Origin: Minutocellus sp. GHC0000111
Lineage: Eukaryota
Direction: 5' to 3'
NCBI GenBank assembly: GCA_977018835.1
Contig: OZ361256.1
Location: forward strand, 7,006,001 to 7,070,000
DNA: 64,000 nt
How positions within the stretch are numbered: the stretch's first letter is position 1; each line of letters begins with the position of its first letter. A model generated the notes under the pieces. It was not told the origin of the DNA. It worked only from the letters and a program-made list of their open reading frames with translations, and made no database searches. Below, one piece after another: positions 46,421-58,677 of this stretch. A program made the position numbers and the translations under genes.

Positions 46421-48028
46421 GCAACATGCTGGTTGGCGAGGCCGACAAGGAGGCGTGGTGGAGGACCCCCCGCGACACTCCCAAGGGAGGACGGCCGGTG
46501 ACCAAGGACGATCCTTTGACGGTCCTGGTCGCTGGCGGAGGATTGGCAGGCCTCGTCACGGCCGCGGCGTGTCACGCCAAGGAGATGAAGGTGGCCATCT
46601 TCGAGCAGGCCTCGTCGTATGCGCCGTACGGTGGTCCGATCCAGATCCAGTCCAACGCCCTCCGGGCCATCCAGCGGATCAATCCCCAGTGCTACGAGGA
46701 GCTCGTGGCGGCGGGCACTGTGACGGCCGATCGCGTTTCCGGCCTCAAGATTGGCTACAAGAAGGGCAATAAGCTGGCTGGACTTTACGACAAGGGTGAC
46801 TGGTTGGTTCGATTCGACACTATTGGCCCCGCTCTGGAGGCTGGTCTGCCGGCCACCGTCGTCGTTGACAGGCCCGTCATTCAGCAGATTTTGGTCAAAT
46901 ATGGCGTCCCCGAGGGCACCGTCCGCATCAAGTCGCGTGTGCAAACCTTTGAGGATTTGGGAGACGGTCGAGGAGTTTGTGCCACTCTTGAGGATGGGAC
47001 CAAAGCATACGCCGACGTCCTTGTTGGTGCCGATGGTATCTGGTCGCAGGTTCGCAAGACTCTTCACGGTTTGGACGACGGAGCTGGTGGATTTGCTGCC
47101 TCTGGAGCCGCCGGTGGTGCCCTGGACGATGCCGAGGCCCGCAAGTTGGCTCAAGAGACCGTCAGAGTAGCCGCTAAGGCCGATCGTCGATACTCGGGAT
47201 TCACGTGCTACGCTGCCCTGGCCCCTCATCGTGCCAGCAACATTGAGGATGTGTCGTATCAGATCCTCCTCGGCGAGAAGAAGTACTTTGTCTCCACCGA
47301 TGGAGGCGGAGAAAGGCAGCAGTGGTTCGCCCTGATTCGCGAGCCTGCCGGGGGTGTTGATCCTGAGCCTACCCCGGAGGATCCCACGCCCAAGCTTACT
47401 CGTCTCAGGAAGGAGTTTGCCTGCTCTGGTGATGGAGATCAAGATGGCAATGTTTGGGATGACTTTGCCCTCGAGCTTATTAACGCCTCCTCCGAGGAGG
47501 ACATCAAGAGACGTGACTTGTATGATGGTGCTCCTCTTCTCACCACCGTCGATCCGCAAAGGCTGCTCAGTCCCTGGGCCAAGGGTCCCGTTGCCATCTG
47601 TGGAGATGCAGCACATCCAATGATGCCCAACTTGGGTCAGGTGAGTTTGCCGGTACTGGTGGTTTGGAAGTCTCTTTATCTTTGTGTTTGCACATTTGAT
47701 AAATTCATTCCTTATTACATTCTCACATCTTTTGTTCATGTTTTGCAAACTGCAGGGAGGATGCCAATCCACGGAGGATGGGTACCGATTGGGGGAAGAG
47801 CTGGGCACCGTGACGCACACCAAGGACATCCCGTGGGCTCTCGGAAAGTACTCTCGCGTCCGCGTGATCCGAACAGCGATTGTTCAGGGATTTGCTCAGT
47901 TGGGCAGTGACTTGCTTGTCGATTTCGATCTGATGATGACCATCCCCTTCCTCGGCCCTTTCTTCCTGACTATGACACAACTGTCCATGCCATGGGTCCT
48001 CCGTTTTTTGTACACGGCCGAGTTTTAA
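46421..48028 (+). CDS. ZEP1: Zeaxanthin epoxidase 1, in-frame copy, 5' end lost in the gap (intron 47641-47755)
   Basis: Uninterrupted frame through [19 protein letters not shown] to [11 protein letters not shown]. Confidence 0.9.
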
Positions 48029-48445
48029 AAAAATGCTCAAGCAATTCCTACGTAATAATTTTACACATTTCTTAATTCTGGCTACATGTACTAGTACGTA
48101 CCGGTGGCTAGAAAGTTCTTCATGGACACTCTGATCGGAAGGAACTTTGCAGTTTTGCTGTGCTACAATGCATGATGCGATGATGGATGCGTTGGTCGTC
48201 ATGTTGAGGAAGAAAGTTGACACTATGTTTCGTCTGTACCAATGTCCCCATTTTGGTTTTATTTGCTGCGAAGCTGCGATCGCGAAGATGCCGCAGGCAG
48301 AAGGCAGAACTTCCCCTGCCCTGCAGTTATGTCGTATGTAGCCAATCGAAGATACCGCAGAACTTCCCCTGCCGTTCATGTACGTAGCCAGAGGCGGTGC
48401 GTCGATGGCTGGCGCAACCGCGAAATCAAACTCAGCAATAAATAA

Positions 48446-51052
48446 ATGATGACATCGGAGACGAGCAATTTACTTGACGACAAAAGCAGGAAGCTGCAGA
48501 ACCGTGTGTCATTTGCCGCTGCCGATGGTGGATTGCATCCAAATGAAGAAGAGAGCAATTCCGTGCGATCGTCCTTTGGACGGAGTTTGGGCCGATTCCT
48601 TTCCGAGAAATGGACAGAGAGCCAACGTCGGCGAACGGCTGACGGTCATCCAGGAGTTTATCCTGCTGCGTTTCTCATTCGGGATGCGATCCTCGGAACT
48701 GCAGCTGACATGACCGAGGCTGTTTTCGAGGGAGTGGACTATTACGATCCCTACTCACGGGCAAACAATCCCTTATTGAATGGTTTCAGCAGAGCTTGCC
48801 GCTGGTTCCTGACCATGCGTTCCGTATACTATCTGGAAAAGATAGCGGTTTGGATGCTCGTTCTTTTAAGTGCAATAGAGCCTCCGTTTTGGTGCAGAGA
48901 TTACGATCCTGTTGAAGTTATGTTCGTTGAAGGCTATGGAGAGTGTTTTACCCTCTTTTCCATGAGTGGTCCCCCGGCATTCGGCGATGGTGATGATGTC
49001 GATTACTACCCTAGTTTCATGAAACCATTGCTTTCGGTAGATCAAAGTCTTATTATTGAGTGGGCGTGCATCACAATAATTGTCGCGCTGATGGTGGCTC
49101 GGTTTGGAGTGGATGGCCTGAGCCTCCGGCGCCACTTCTTTCTCCACCGAGAAGAATCTGGTGTCGTTGATATTGTTGGTTACAAAGAGATTAATTTTGG
49201 GGCGAAAATGTTGAGAATTACTCGCTTCCTTTCGGTGACTCTCTTAATTGGAGGAATGATATCGCATCAATTGTTGGGGACATCAAGAAAGAGTGCACTA
49301 TTCCTTCGAATTCTGATCACATTTTCACTGTCAAAATTAATGCAGCGAGAGTTGGGCACGGTCCTTCGTTTAATACCAGAAGTTTCATCGATCATGCTCA
49401 TTCTTTTCGTGGTAATTTTATTCTATGGTTGGGTAGGATGTGTAATGTTCTACGAGACAACCGAAGGCGATGCATCCTTTTCCAATCTTATAGAGTCAAT
49501 GTGGACGTTATGGATTATGGTGACAACGGCAAACTATCCTGATGTGATGATGCCAGCATACAATGCGAATCCTCTGGCCGCTTTGTACTTTGTTTCGTTC
49601 ATGGTGATCTCATTCTTTTTCATCATGGGGGTGGTGCTGGCAAGCGTTGTGAATTCATATCAGAACGACGATGACATGCGCAAAGCAAAAATAAAGGAAT
49701 TGCGACAACAGAATCTTCAGCAGGCATTCAAGCTACTTGATGAAAGGGGAGAGGGGTGGGTGGATCGAGAAACAATTATGGGTGTTTTCCTTGTCCTAAA
49801 TCAGGACGTCCCCCAAATTAGATATATTCCGGCAGAGGAAGCAGAGCTTTTATTCGCAATTCTAGACTCGGGTGGAGAAGATCGAATATCAGAAGGAGAA
49901 TTCATGTCCTTTTGTAAAGTGATGCTTCTCCAGTTTGAACGAGCCTCAGCCTATACTACATTTATTGAGCGTCACTTCCCCTCCGTTTTTCATTCGGAAT
50001 CCTTTCAATCCTTTGCCGAGGGGATCAAATCGGAGACTTTTGAGCATTTGATTGATGGCGTTGTGGTATTGAATGCGGTCTTTGTTTTTATTCAGAGTTA
50101 CCCTCAATTAGTAGGAGAACCATCCTTCGAAGATGAGCATGTCAAAGATGGATACATCGATACGCCATGGGAAAGGTTCCAGACAGCTTTCACGGTCATC
50201 TATTGTGTTGAAATGGGAGTCAAAATTCTCGTTCTCGGCTGGAAACGGTATTCGGAATCCTTCCGGAACTTGTTTGATGCATTCATTACAGTTCTATCTT
50301 TTGTTTCAACATGTTATGTGTACTATCCAAATCGGTACAGCGACTCGCGACTCATCCGATTTGTTGTAATGGCGCGTGTCCTCCGATTAGTGAGGGTTTT
50401 GGTCGCTATGAAACAATTTCAAGTCATTGGAAGTACATTCATTGACATTTTACCAGCGGCGAAGAGAATCCTTCTATTTCTTTTTTCCATCATGTACATT
50501 TTTAGTTCTCTTGGCATGATATTGTTTGGTGGTCTCATCACAAGAGATCCTAGCAATTCTCTCTCGGAAAAGTTGCGCGGCACAGACTTTTCTGAAAATA
50601 ATTACTGGGAGAATAATTTCAACGACTTGCTGGCGGGTATGAATGTCCTTTTCAATTTGTTAGTGGTCAACAATTGGACAACTCAGGCAGACGGCATCCT
50701 TGCGGTAAGTGGCACCAAGTTCTCTCGACTATATTTCCTTGGATTTCATCTTGTCGGCGTAGTTTTAGTTGCCAATGTTGTAACAGCTTTTATCATAGAT
50801 TCGTTCATTGACGAGTGGAAAGAGGCTCAGCAAGGAGGACCCCAGTCCCATGATACCGGCGATGCCATTGTCGATGAGAGAAGTGCACTCTTTGACGCTC
50901 AGGTTGTGACTGGAACCCGCACACAGCTTGAGGGGAAATATTTCGCACGCTTGCAAGCGGCAAATCCAGATCAATTATTGAGCATGCGAATGGGAGATGA
51001 GCTCAGGAAGCTCTTCACCAAGACTAGCTCGGGAGTGCAAGAAATCTCGTAA
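48446..51052 (+). CDS. TPC: Two-pore channel, intact 868 aa
   Basis: Two 6-TM units, pore motifs TTANYPDVMMPAY and LLVVNNW, EF-hand-like linker and S4 MARVLRLVRVL. Confidence 0.93.
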   Translation: MMTSETSNLLDDKSRKLQNRVSFAAADGGLHPNEEESNSVRSSFGRSLGRFLSEKWTESQRRRTADGHPGVYPAAFLIRDAILGTAADMTEAVFEGVDYYDPYSRANNPLLNGFSRACRWFLTMRSVYYLEKIAVWMLVLLSAIEPPFWCRDYDPVEVMFVEGYGECFTLFSMSGPPAFGDGDDVDYYPSFMKPLLSVDQSLIIEWACITIIVALMVARFGVDGLSLRRHFFLHREESGVVDIVGYKEINFGAKMLRITRFLSVTLLIGGMISHQLLGTSRKSALFLRILITFSLSKLMQRELGTVLRLIPEVSSIMLILFVVILFYGWVGCVMFYETTEGDASFSNLIESMWTLWIMVTTANYPDVMMPAYNANPLAALYFVSFMVISFFFIMGVVLASVVNSYQNDDDMRKAKIKELRQQNLQQAFKLLDERGEGWVDRETIMGVFLVLNQDVPQIRYIPAEEAELLFAILDSGGEDRISEGEFMSFCKVMLLQFERASAYTTFIERHFPSVFHSESFQSFAEGIKSETFEHLIDGVVVLNAVFVFIQSYPQLVGEPSFEDEHVKDGYIDTPWERFQTAFTVIYCVEMGVKILVLGWKRYSESFRNLFDAFITVLSFVSTCYVYYPNRYSDSRLIRFVVMARVLRLVRVLVAMKQFQVIGSTFIDILPAAKRILLFLFSIMYIFSSLGMILFGGLITRDPSNSLSEKLRGTDFSENNYWENNFNDLLAGMNVLFNLLVVNNWTTQADGILAVSGTKFSRLYFLGFHLVGVVLVANVVTAFIIDSFIDEWKEAQQGGPQSHDTGDAIVDERSALFDAQVVTGTRTQLEGKYFARLQAANPDQLLSMRMGDELRKLFTKTSSGVQEIS

Positions 51053-51142
51053 CAGCTAGACTCGGTTTTGACTTAAAATTCGATCCTCAGAAATTGTACA
51101 GTAAAACTCAAGTTAAGAAAGTTGTATTATATATGCTGCAAT

Positions 51143-53300
51143 TTACCAATCACCACCGTGGCCATCTCCACTAACCAATGCATCCTTGTGACCGCCCGCA
51201 ACCCTCCTCGCGTCCTTATCGATCTTCGGACAGTCCACAATGCTATGGCCGAGACCACCGCAGAAGGAGCATCCTCTCGTACCATCCTCCTTGACGAGGT
51301 TGTCCTGAGGATCATCCATGATCATGAGCACAGGAGGAACCCGTTGGTGGGCCTCCATGAGCAAGTGTTTGAGATCCAGCAAGACCGTTTCCTCGCAAGA
51401 CTTATTGATGAAGGTAGTGGCAACACCCGTCTTTCCACAACGACCAGTACGGCCGATACGATGAACATAATTCTCAATCTCGCTGGGCATGTCGTAATTA
51501 ATCACTGCTTTAATGTCAGGGAAATCGAGACCTTTTGCAGCAACGTCGGTTGCAACCAACACGTCCTTTTTGCCCTCTTTGAAGAGCTGGATCGCCTCAT
51601 TACGTTCCTCCTGGTCTTTCCCTCCGTGAATCGACACTGCCTCAACACCCTTCAATAGCAAGTACTCGTGAATGTCGTCCACATCGCCCTTGCGTTCACA
51701 AAATATCATACCTGGCGGTGCTGTCTTTTGGAGGCACTCAAGAAGATAAACAATCTTTGCCTCCTGCTTCACATACTCCACCTCCTGGATGACATCAAGG
51801 TTGGCAGCGCCGGCCCTACCGACGTTGACAACGATCGGCCTAACAAGCGTCGACTTAGCGAAATCAGCAAATTTTTTTTGGGAACGTCGCCGAAAACAAG
51901 AGCGTCTGTCTTTGATGCGTGAAGTGGTTCATAATCTCTCCGACCTCCTCATCGAAACCCAAGTCAAGCATACGGTCGGCTTCGTCCAAGCATATGTAGC
52001 GACAAATGTCCAGAGTAATTGACTTTTTCTTGAGAAAGTCTCGAAGCCGACCAGGAGATGCCACAATGCAGTGACATCCCTTTTCTCGGATCGGTTCGAG
52101 TTGCTCCCGGGCAGATTCTCCACCAATCACAAGTTGCGCGCGGAGGGGTGGGTACTGTCCCGAGCGGCCCATTGCCTCACAGAAACCTTTGACGATGTCA
52201 TACGTCTGTCTGACCAGTTCTCGGGATGGAGCAAGGATGATGCCAACGGGACCCTCTCCTCCGACGAGAGGCATGCGAATTTCCTCTTCGAGGGAGGCCA
52301 TCACCAAAGGCAGAGCAAAGGTCAAACTCTTGCCCGATCCCATAAAGGCAATACCGACCATATCCCGACCGGCCAGAGCGACGGGAAGTCCTTGCATTTG
52401 GATCGGCGTCGGACGTTTGATGTTGCGACTGGCCAGATCGTCCAAAATTGGCTGTGGGAACTTCATATCGGCAAACGAACGGATGGGAGGAGGAACATTG
52501 TCGCCCTCGACGAGTATGTGCCACTTGTCCCGGATCTTCTTCCAGCTCTCCTCCCCCTCGGCCAGGATCTTCCGAGGACAGCGCCAACTCGTGGGCAGAG
52601 ACTCGCGGTACGATACACCCTTGGCCAGCTCCGATGCCGCCTGCAGAGCGTTGGTTTGCACCTGCGACGCCTCCCGAAGGATGCGTTCTTCTTCTTCCTT
52701 GCGTGCCAGAGCCGCCCGTTCCGATTCCGACAACGCCTCGCGCTTCTGTTTGAGGGCCGCGGCCTGCTCGAGGAGGGTGGTAACGGCCTCTTCGTCGTTG
52801 GCATCGTCCTCCTGGTCCTCGCCATCGGTATCTCCGTCCCTTTTTGCGGCGGCGGTATCAGCTGACTCCTTTTCGTCTTCGTCGGTATCGTCCGACTTCT
52901 TGGCACCACCCGAGCCAAGAGAGGCAAGTGCCTTGCGTGCCTTGGCCTCCCGCACCCTGTCGCTGGTGCTGTTCGACGACGGACCGTCCTCGAAACCAGC
53001 CTCCGATGGGTCTAGTCCCGAAGCCTCCATCAGCGCCGCCTCTCGTTCCATTCTCGCACGCTTGGCAGCCGACATGTAGGGCACGTATCCGCCTCCCTCG
53101 CCCGTTCCTCCGGTACCAGCACCTGCGTCGGCACGACCGAACGTGTCACCATCATCACCACCTGTGGGAAGCAGGCTGGCCGTGATTCCTGCGGCCTCGG
53201 CTTCCCTCTGCCTCCGGCGGGCATTGCGCTTCTCCCTCCACGAGGCCGCCGCGGACTTCTCCTGCTGGAGGTCGTCGTCGCCTTCGTGCTTCGTGCTCAT
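51143..53300 (-). pseudogene. DDX41: DDX41 copy with frameshift at ~51875
   Basis: Frame break in a poly-A tract after SATFP. Also AFMGSGKS and APPGMIF, versus AFTGSGKS and APPVMIF in arm 1. Confidence 0.65.
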
Positions 53301-53481
53301 GATCTCGTTGGTTTGTACATGTACGGGCAGGTCATGCATGCGTAAAAGCGGCCCATAGACGCGGACACGTAAGCCCCCAAAAGTCGAACCGCTCTTTCCG
53401 TCAACGGGCTAGGCGGCAAATCCCAAAATTTGAATTGACCACATCTTGTGTCGTCGTATCTTTGCAACCTCGTCAAATGCA

Positions 53482-55721
53482 ATGCTGTCTCGCCTTGGCG
53501 TTGCTCGGCGCCTGTTGCCCCGCACAGGTAAGAATATAGTTGGAAGATGCCTGGGAAGCAGTGGCTCGTCGGCTGGACTAATACCTCCATCTGCGTCGGA
53601 TCAGAACCATCCGAACAACAACATTATAAACTTCCGGCGAATGCCGAGAAGAAGTGTTTGGTCGACTGGACGGAGCCCACCTTCTCCCGCTGATCTACAC
53701 CCATTGTGCTCCCTGACACCAAAGGAAATTGCGGTAACAGCAGACAGTGTCAAGTCCTTCTTCGCCGAGAGAGGGAATGACTCACATCTTCGCTTCGTTT
53801 CAATCAATCTCAATGAGCCGAACAAACGTGTTCTTCAAAGCGCTGCCGAGAATGGCACCAAGCCGCCCCGAAAGGCCGAAGTGCTGGTATTGAACACCGA
53901 GACTGGCATCGCCTCCGAGATAGAAGTCAATCTGCAGGTAAAGGGAGATGCCATCACTGCTGCAGTTGGCAACGCCAAAGAGCTGCCTCGGGGCGTCCAA
54001 CCTCTGCTAACTCCCGATGACTGCTACCTCGCGGAAGAAATAGCAAAATCATCCAGTGAAGTGCAGCATGCCCTGAAGGAACGGTATGGCATCACCGACA
54101 TGTCCCGCGTAGCTGCCGATCCCTGGAGTGTCCATCTAGCCTGCGAGGCCGACATTGCGCTGACTGAGCCCGACGACCCATCGATGCCTCCTCGGCGTCT
54201 CGTCCAAACCTTCCTTATCAGAGAGTTCAAGGACAGGACCTTGAGGACAACCATTATGCCCACCCGATCGACATATTACCCGTGGTAGACTTGAACACCA
54301 AGACTGTAGTGAGGATTGATGGGCTCGATCGTCTCCCTCCTCCTGAAATCCCTCAGCTCAGTGTCAACTATCATCGCAATTTGGTGAAGACCAATTCGTA
54401 TCTGCAGAGGGAATGGAGGGGGAATGCACTCAAGGCGTTGGATATTACCCAGCCCGACGGACCGTCCTTTGCGGTAGATGGGAATCGTGTTGACTGGCAG
54501 AACTGGTCCTTTACTGTTGGTTGGAATGCTCGCGAGGGCTTGGTGTTGCACAAAATTCACTTCGATGGAAGGCCTGTCGTAAACCGTCTGAGCCTGGTGG
54601 AGATGGCGGTTCCGTACGGCGACCCCAACCCACCCTACTCTCGAAAGTGTGCGTTCGATGTTGGCGACTATGGTCTTGGATTCTGTGCCAATTCACTAGA
54701 GCTGGGCTGCGATTGTCTCGGTTTAATCCATTATTTTGACGCAGCCCTCAGCGATTCGAATGGCGATCCTTACGTCGTGAAGAAGGCCATCTGCATGCAC
54801 GAAGAAGACGATGGAATACTTTGGAAGCATGTTGAGTATCGAAATGGGCACAACGAATCACGACGGGCTCGCGAGCTTGTCATCTCTTTCATTTGTACTG
54901 TGGTGAACTATGAATATCTATTCTACATCCGCTTCAAGCTGAATGGAGAGATAGAATACGAGATCCGTTTGAGTGGTGAACTGTCGACTAACCTACCCTC
55001 GGCTGGAGAGGATCCGAATGATCCATCGCACGGAGTTCTTTGTGCTCCCGGTGTCAATTCTCAGGTGCACCAACACATGTTTTGTGCCCGCATTGACATG
55101 TCTGTCGACGGTGAGAAGAACACTGTGAGCGAGGTTGATGTGGTGGCGCATCGAGGAGAGAATCCATTCGGTAACATGTTTGGGCCTGTCGAGACTGTCC
55201 TCCGATCAGAGACCGACGCTGTTCGCAAGTATGATGCAAATCGGGCCCGTACTTGGAAGATATCCAACGCTGAGGGTAAATTGAATCCGATTACAGGAAA
55301 GCCCACGGCGTACAAGCTTGTTCCCTTTACCAAAGGACCAGCGCAGCCACCGTTACTCACTGCGGCGAATAGCAGCGTGTCGACGAAGGGCGAATTCGCT
55401 ACTGCTCATCTCTGGGTCACCCCATACGACGAATCGGAGCGCTATCCAGCAGGAGAGTACACTCCTCAAGCAAAAGAACAAGATGGACTGCCTGTTTGGA
55501 TAAAGGAAAACGACAACATTGAGGGAGAGGATGTTATCCTTTGGCATGCTTTTGGCGTTACTCATGTTCCGACTGTTGAGAACTTTCCTGTTATGAATTG
55601 CGAAATGACCGCCTTTTCGCTCAAACCAGATGGTTTCAATGCTGGCAACCCGGCTATAGATCTCCCTCCAGAGACCAACGAGACTAGTGAGCTTGATTCT
55701 GGTTGCTGTTCCAGCAAGTAA
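53482..55721 (+). CDS. Copper amine oxidase, arm-2 copy with one 1-nt frameshift (~54215)
   Basis: Same motifs as arm 1, with consensus-like TVVNYEY, EMAVPY and LSTN. Confidence 0.92.
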
Positions 55722-56242
55722 TATGAATTGCGAACCGCCTTTTCGCTCATATGATTTCAATGCTAGCAACCCGGCTATAGATCTCGCTCCAGAGACCAAC
55801 GAGACTAGTGAGCTTGATTCTGGTTGCTGTTCCATGCAAGCAAGCATGCGAGCAAAATACATTTTTGAGAAACAAATTTTGGATGATGCAGATGATAAAT
55901 CGAAATCAGTTTTGAACAACGTAAACTAGAAATTATTTTTAGAGATTTCTATTGCAAATGGTACTGGCATGCCATGCACGGAAGGCTACTAATACGAAAG
56001 TCAACGCAAATTTTTGCCCAATATCCACAAAAAGTGGGACAGTCTATTCTCCGACTGCACTTCTTTTGCTTAACTCTCCTGAGATTCATTTCCTCCTTAC
56101 GTAGCCGAAGCAGTAGCACCATATATTACCAACTGTATTCAAAGGCACAATACTTCCTTTCTCTCTTTCCCTCCCCCCCATTCCATCCATTCTCAACGAC
56201 CAACAAGGAACAAAATCACTTGTTTAATTCTTCTATATGTGC

Positions 56243-56926
56243 TTAGTCCCGTCCTGTCCGTACATAGAATCCATCGTACAGGCCAGTGGGTACCTCCTCG
56301 GTCACCTCCTTCACCGTAAGACGCTGGCTCAGGCCGATTGCCTTGTCTCCCCGCTTGCACCATCGAATGAATCCATCAATCATTTTTCGCTTGCCCTATG
56401 AATGAGAAAATATAAACAAAAGGTGAGTACTAGCGTGGAAATAGCACAAATGCTGGGAAGAAATCGAAAGAGAAAGAAGAGCTATTCGACACAGCGCAAC
56501 GAGCAAATGCGAATGTAGGCTTCTTATCACCGCACCAAGCAAGAATGATATTCCCATTTCATGTTGTCGTCTCACCTCCACATAAATTTCGGCCTCATCT
56601 CCATCATCGGGGGGCGACATGGTACCCAACAACCGGCGGAACTTGCCTGCTTCATTGCTGATGCAGGTGCGGAGGTAGCCGCCATTGACATCGCCGGTAA
56701 CGATGATGCGTTTCCCAACAATTTCATTGGGATCACCCCCCGAGCTGTCATCCGCAGCCATACCGAGCACCAAGGGCTGTCTTGCTGCTGCCGCTGCCGC
56801 CATACTTGGCGATGCTCTTTGCGACGTCAAGGCGAAGCCATGCACCACTGATGCCGAATCGAAGAATGCCATCACGACGGCGGATACCGCCGCTGTCGCA
56901 TAAAGGCTGGAAATGGAATAGCGCAT
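56243..56926 (-). CDS. Acylphosphatase-like protein, copy 2 (one intron)
   Basis: Mirror of 16755-17438. Confidence 0.8.
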
Positions 56927-57290
56927 GAAATTTATCGAAGGGTGGTATATTTATTCTCGTCTCAAAACAGGTGCTGGCTTTTTAATCACAAGCCAACTAG
57001 ATATGTTGCGGATGGCTGAGTCAATTGCTGATCGATCAATGCGATCAATGCGTTCTGGAAATATCGATGCGACCGCGACCACAGTTGTTGACGACTGACG
57101 ACGAAAGATCGCGAGGTCAGAGCAGAGGGTACGTCATCGGCCCGTCACGTGCTTACCCGTGGAGGGTAAAGCAGAAAGACGGCCAGACAATGGACGAATT
57201 ATTGATGAGTCAAGTCAGTTGCGGGAGAGAGCGGAGCGAGTGCGCCGCGTTATTCCATAAGTACACCTGATATTGACTGCAAAGTACAAA

Positions 57291-58328
57291 ATGACAACGA
57301 GCCAGACACAGAAAAGTGATCAGAGGCTTGGGGTAACGGCATCTGTTCCTAACCACAAGCAAAAATTCGACATCGGATGGAATCGAAAACGGAGGCGGCG
57401 ACCCGCCATCCTCCATCATTCCTCTCCGCCCCCGTTGGCCTTCATTCTTGCCTCCCTTTTGCTTCTAACAGGTAGATCACCGCGCAACATCAACATCTTT
57501 GTCAAAGCACAGCAGGAGCAAAATCCTCAGACATTGAATGGGGGGTCAATTCTCGCAATGGCTGGGAAGGGGTGCGTGGCAGTGGCGGTCGATAAGCGTT
57601 TTGGATCGGGTCCACAGACCATCGCCTCGAATCCCAGACACGTGCTTGCGCCCAATCCATCTCTCCTCGTGGCCTTTACAGGGTTAGACGGAGACGTCCG
57701 ATCTCTTTCTGAGGAATTGTCTGTGCAGATATCGGCGAAAATGGGCCGTATTTCTGGATTTGGTTTCGAAGACGAGGAAGATGGTTGTTCAGATGGTGAT
57801 GACTCTGCGGTAGTGACAGGTTCATCACCGTCATCGCGACGCATCACTCCTAGGTCCATGGCTGCTCTGACCAGTCATATTTTGTATGGGAGACGGCAAA
57901 GCCCTTACTTTGTTGAGCCCATTGTAGCTGGACTGGAAAAAGTGGTGATGCTTCGGGAGCCATCGGATGATGCAACCCAAGTGGCGCCTCGATCTTGCTA
58001 CCGTCCCTTTTTATGCTCGCACGATGTCATCGGCGCCCAATCCAAGTCGCACAGCTTTGTTTGTTCTGGGGCAGCATCAAAGTCAATGCATGGGACAGCC
58101 GAGACATTGTGGCAACCGGATCTGGAACCGGAAGAGCTCGTACGTGTTTGTGGGAGGGCGTTTTTGAGCGCCCTGGAACGAGACTGTTTGAGCGGCTATG
58201 GGGCGATCATATATTTGATTGTGGCGAATGACACTGGCGACAATTATGGTGATAGCAATGCTGGTAGTAGTACCGGTATTGATGGATGTAGGATTGTTGA
58301 ATATGACTTGGCATGTCGCAATGACTAA
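57291..58328 (+). CDS. Proteasome beta-3-like subunit, copy 2
   Basis: Mirror of 15353-16390. Confidence 0.9.
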   Translation: MTTSQTQKSDQRLGVTASVPNHKQKFDIGWNRKRRRRPAILHHSSPPPLAFILASLLLLTGRSPRNINIFVKAQQEQNPQTLNGGSILAMAGKGCVAVAVDKRFGSGPQTIASNPRHVLAPNPSLLVAFTGLDGDVRSLSEELSVQISAKMGRISGFGFEDEEDGCSDGDDSAVVTGSSPSSRRITPRSMAALTSHILYGRRQSPYFVEPIVAGLEKVVMLREPSDDATQVAPRSCYRPFLCSHDVIGAQSKSHSFVCSGAASKSMHGTAETLWQPDLEPEELVRVCGRAFLSALERDCLSGYGAIIYLIVANDTGDNYGDSNAGSSTGIDGCRIVEYDLACRND

Positions 58329-58408
58329 ATATTTCATCTGCAATATATACACGACTTTGAGATTTAGAGACTGTACAACAATGTAGTTTCTCTACTAGAT
58401 ATATTTGT

Positions 58409-58498
58409 CTAACTCGCCTACTAATGACATTCTTTGCTGATTTGTAATATATTACAAATCAGCAAGGAATGTCACTAGCTAGCTTGTAGGCGAGTTAG
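58409..58498. repeat. Hairpin/palindrome, copy 2
   Basis: Mirror of 15183-15272. Confidence 0.85.
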
Positions 58499-58677
58499 GT
58501 GATCGTTGGAACGAATCCCAACGGTCAAATCCCAGCGAACTACCAACGACGAACTAGATCTACTCGCAGTGCGGAGAGAATCGTTTCTACTCTAATTTAG
58601 ACTCGTAGAGAACTTGAATTGTGGACATCACAAGACAAAGGAGTTACTATACAATCTCACATCTGATCCAATTTGCG

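Noticed and set aside
45415..47910. 831-aa 'oxygenase-ZEP fusion' ORF
   Set aside because: Read-through across 200 Ns. These are two unrelated genes on different contigs, and the tail also runs into an intron.
18764..51160. TpA hypermutation acting on the duplicated host genes (NYEY->NYEC, GDGY->GDGH)
   Set aside because: Two such changes exist, but many other inter-arm substitutions are of other types. No bias can be claimed without a full alignment.
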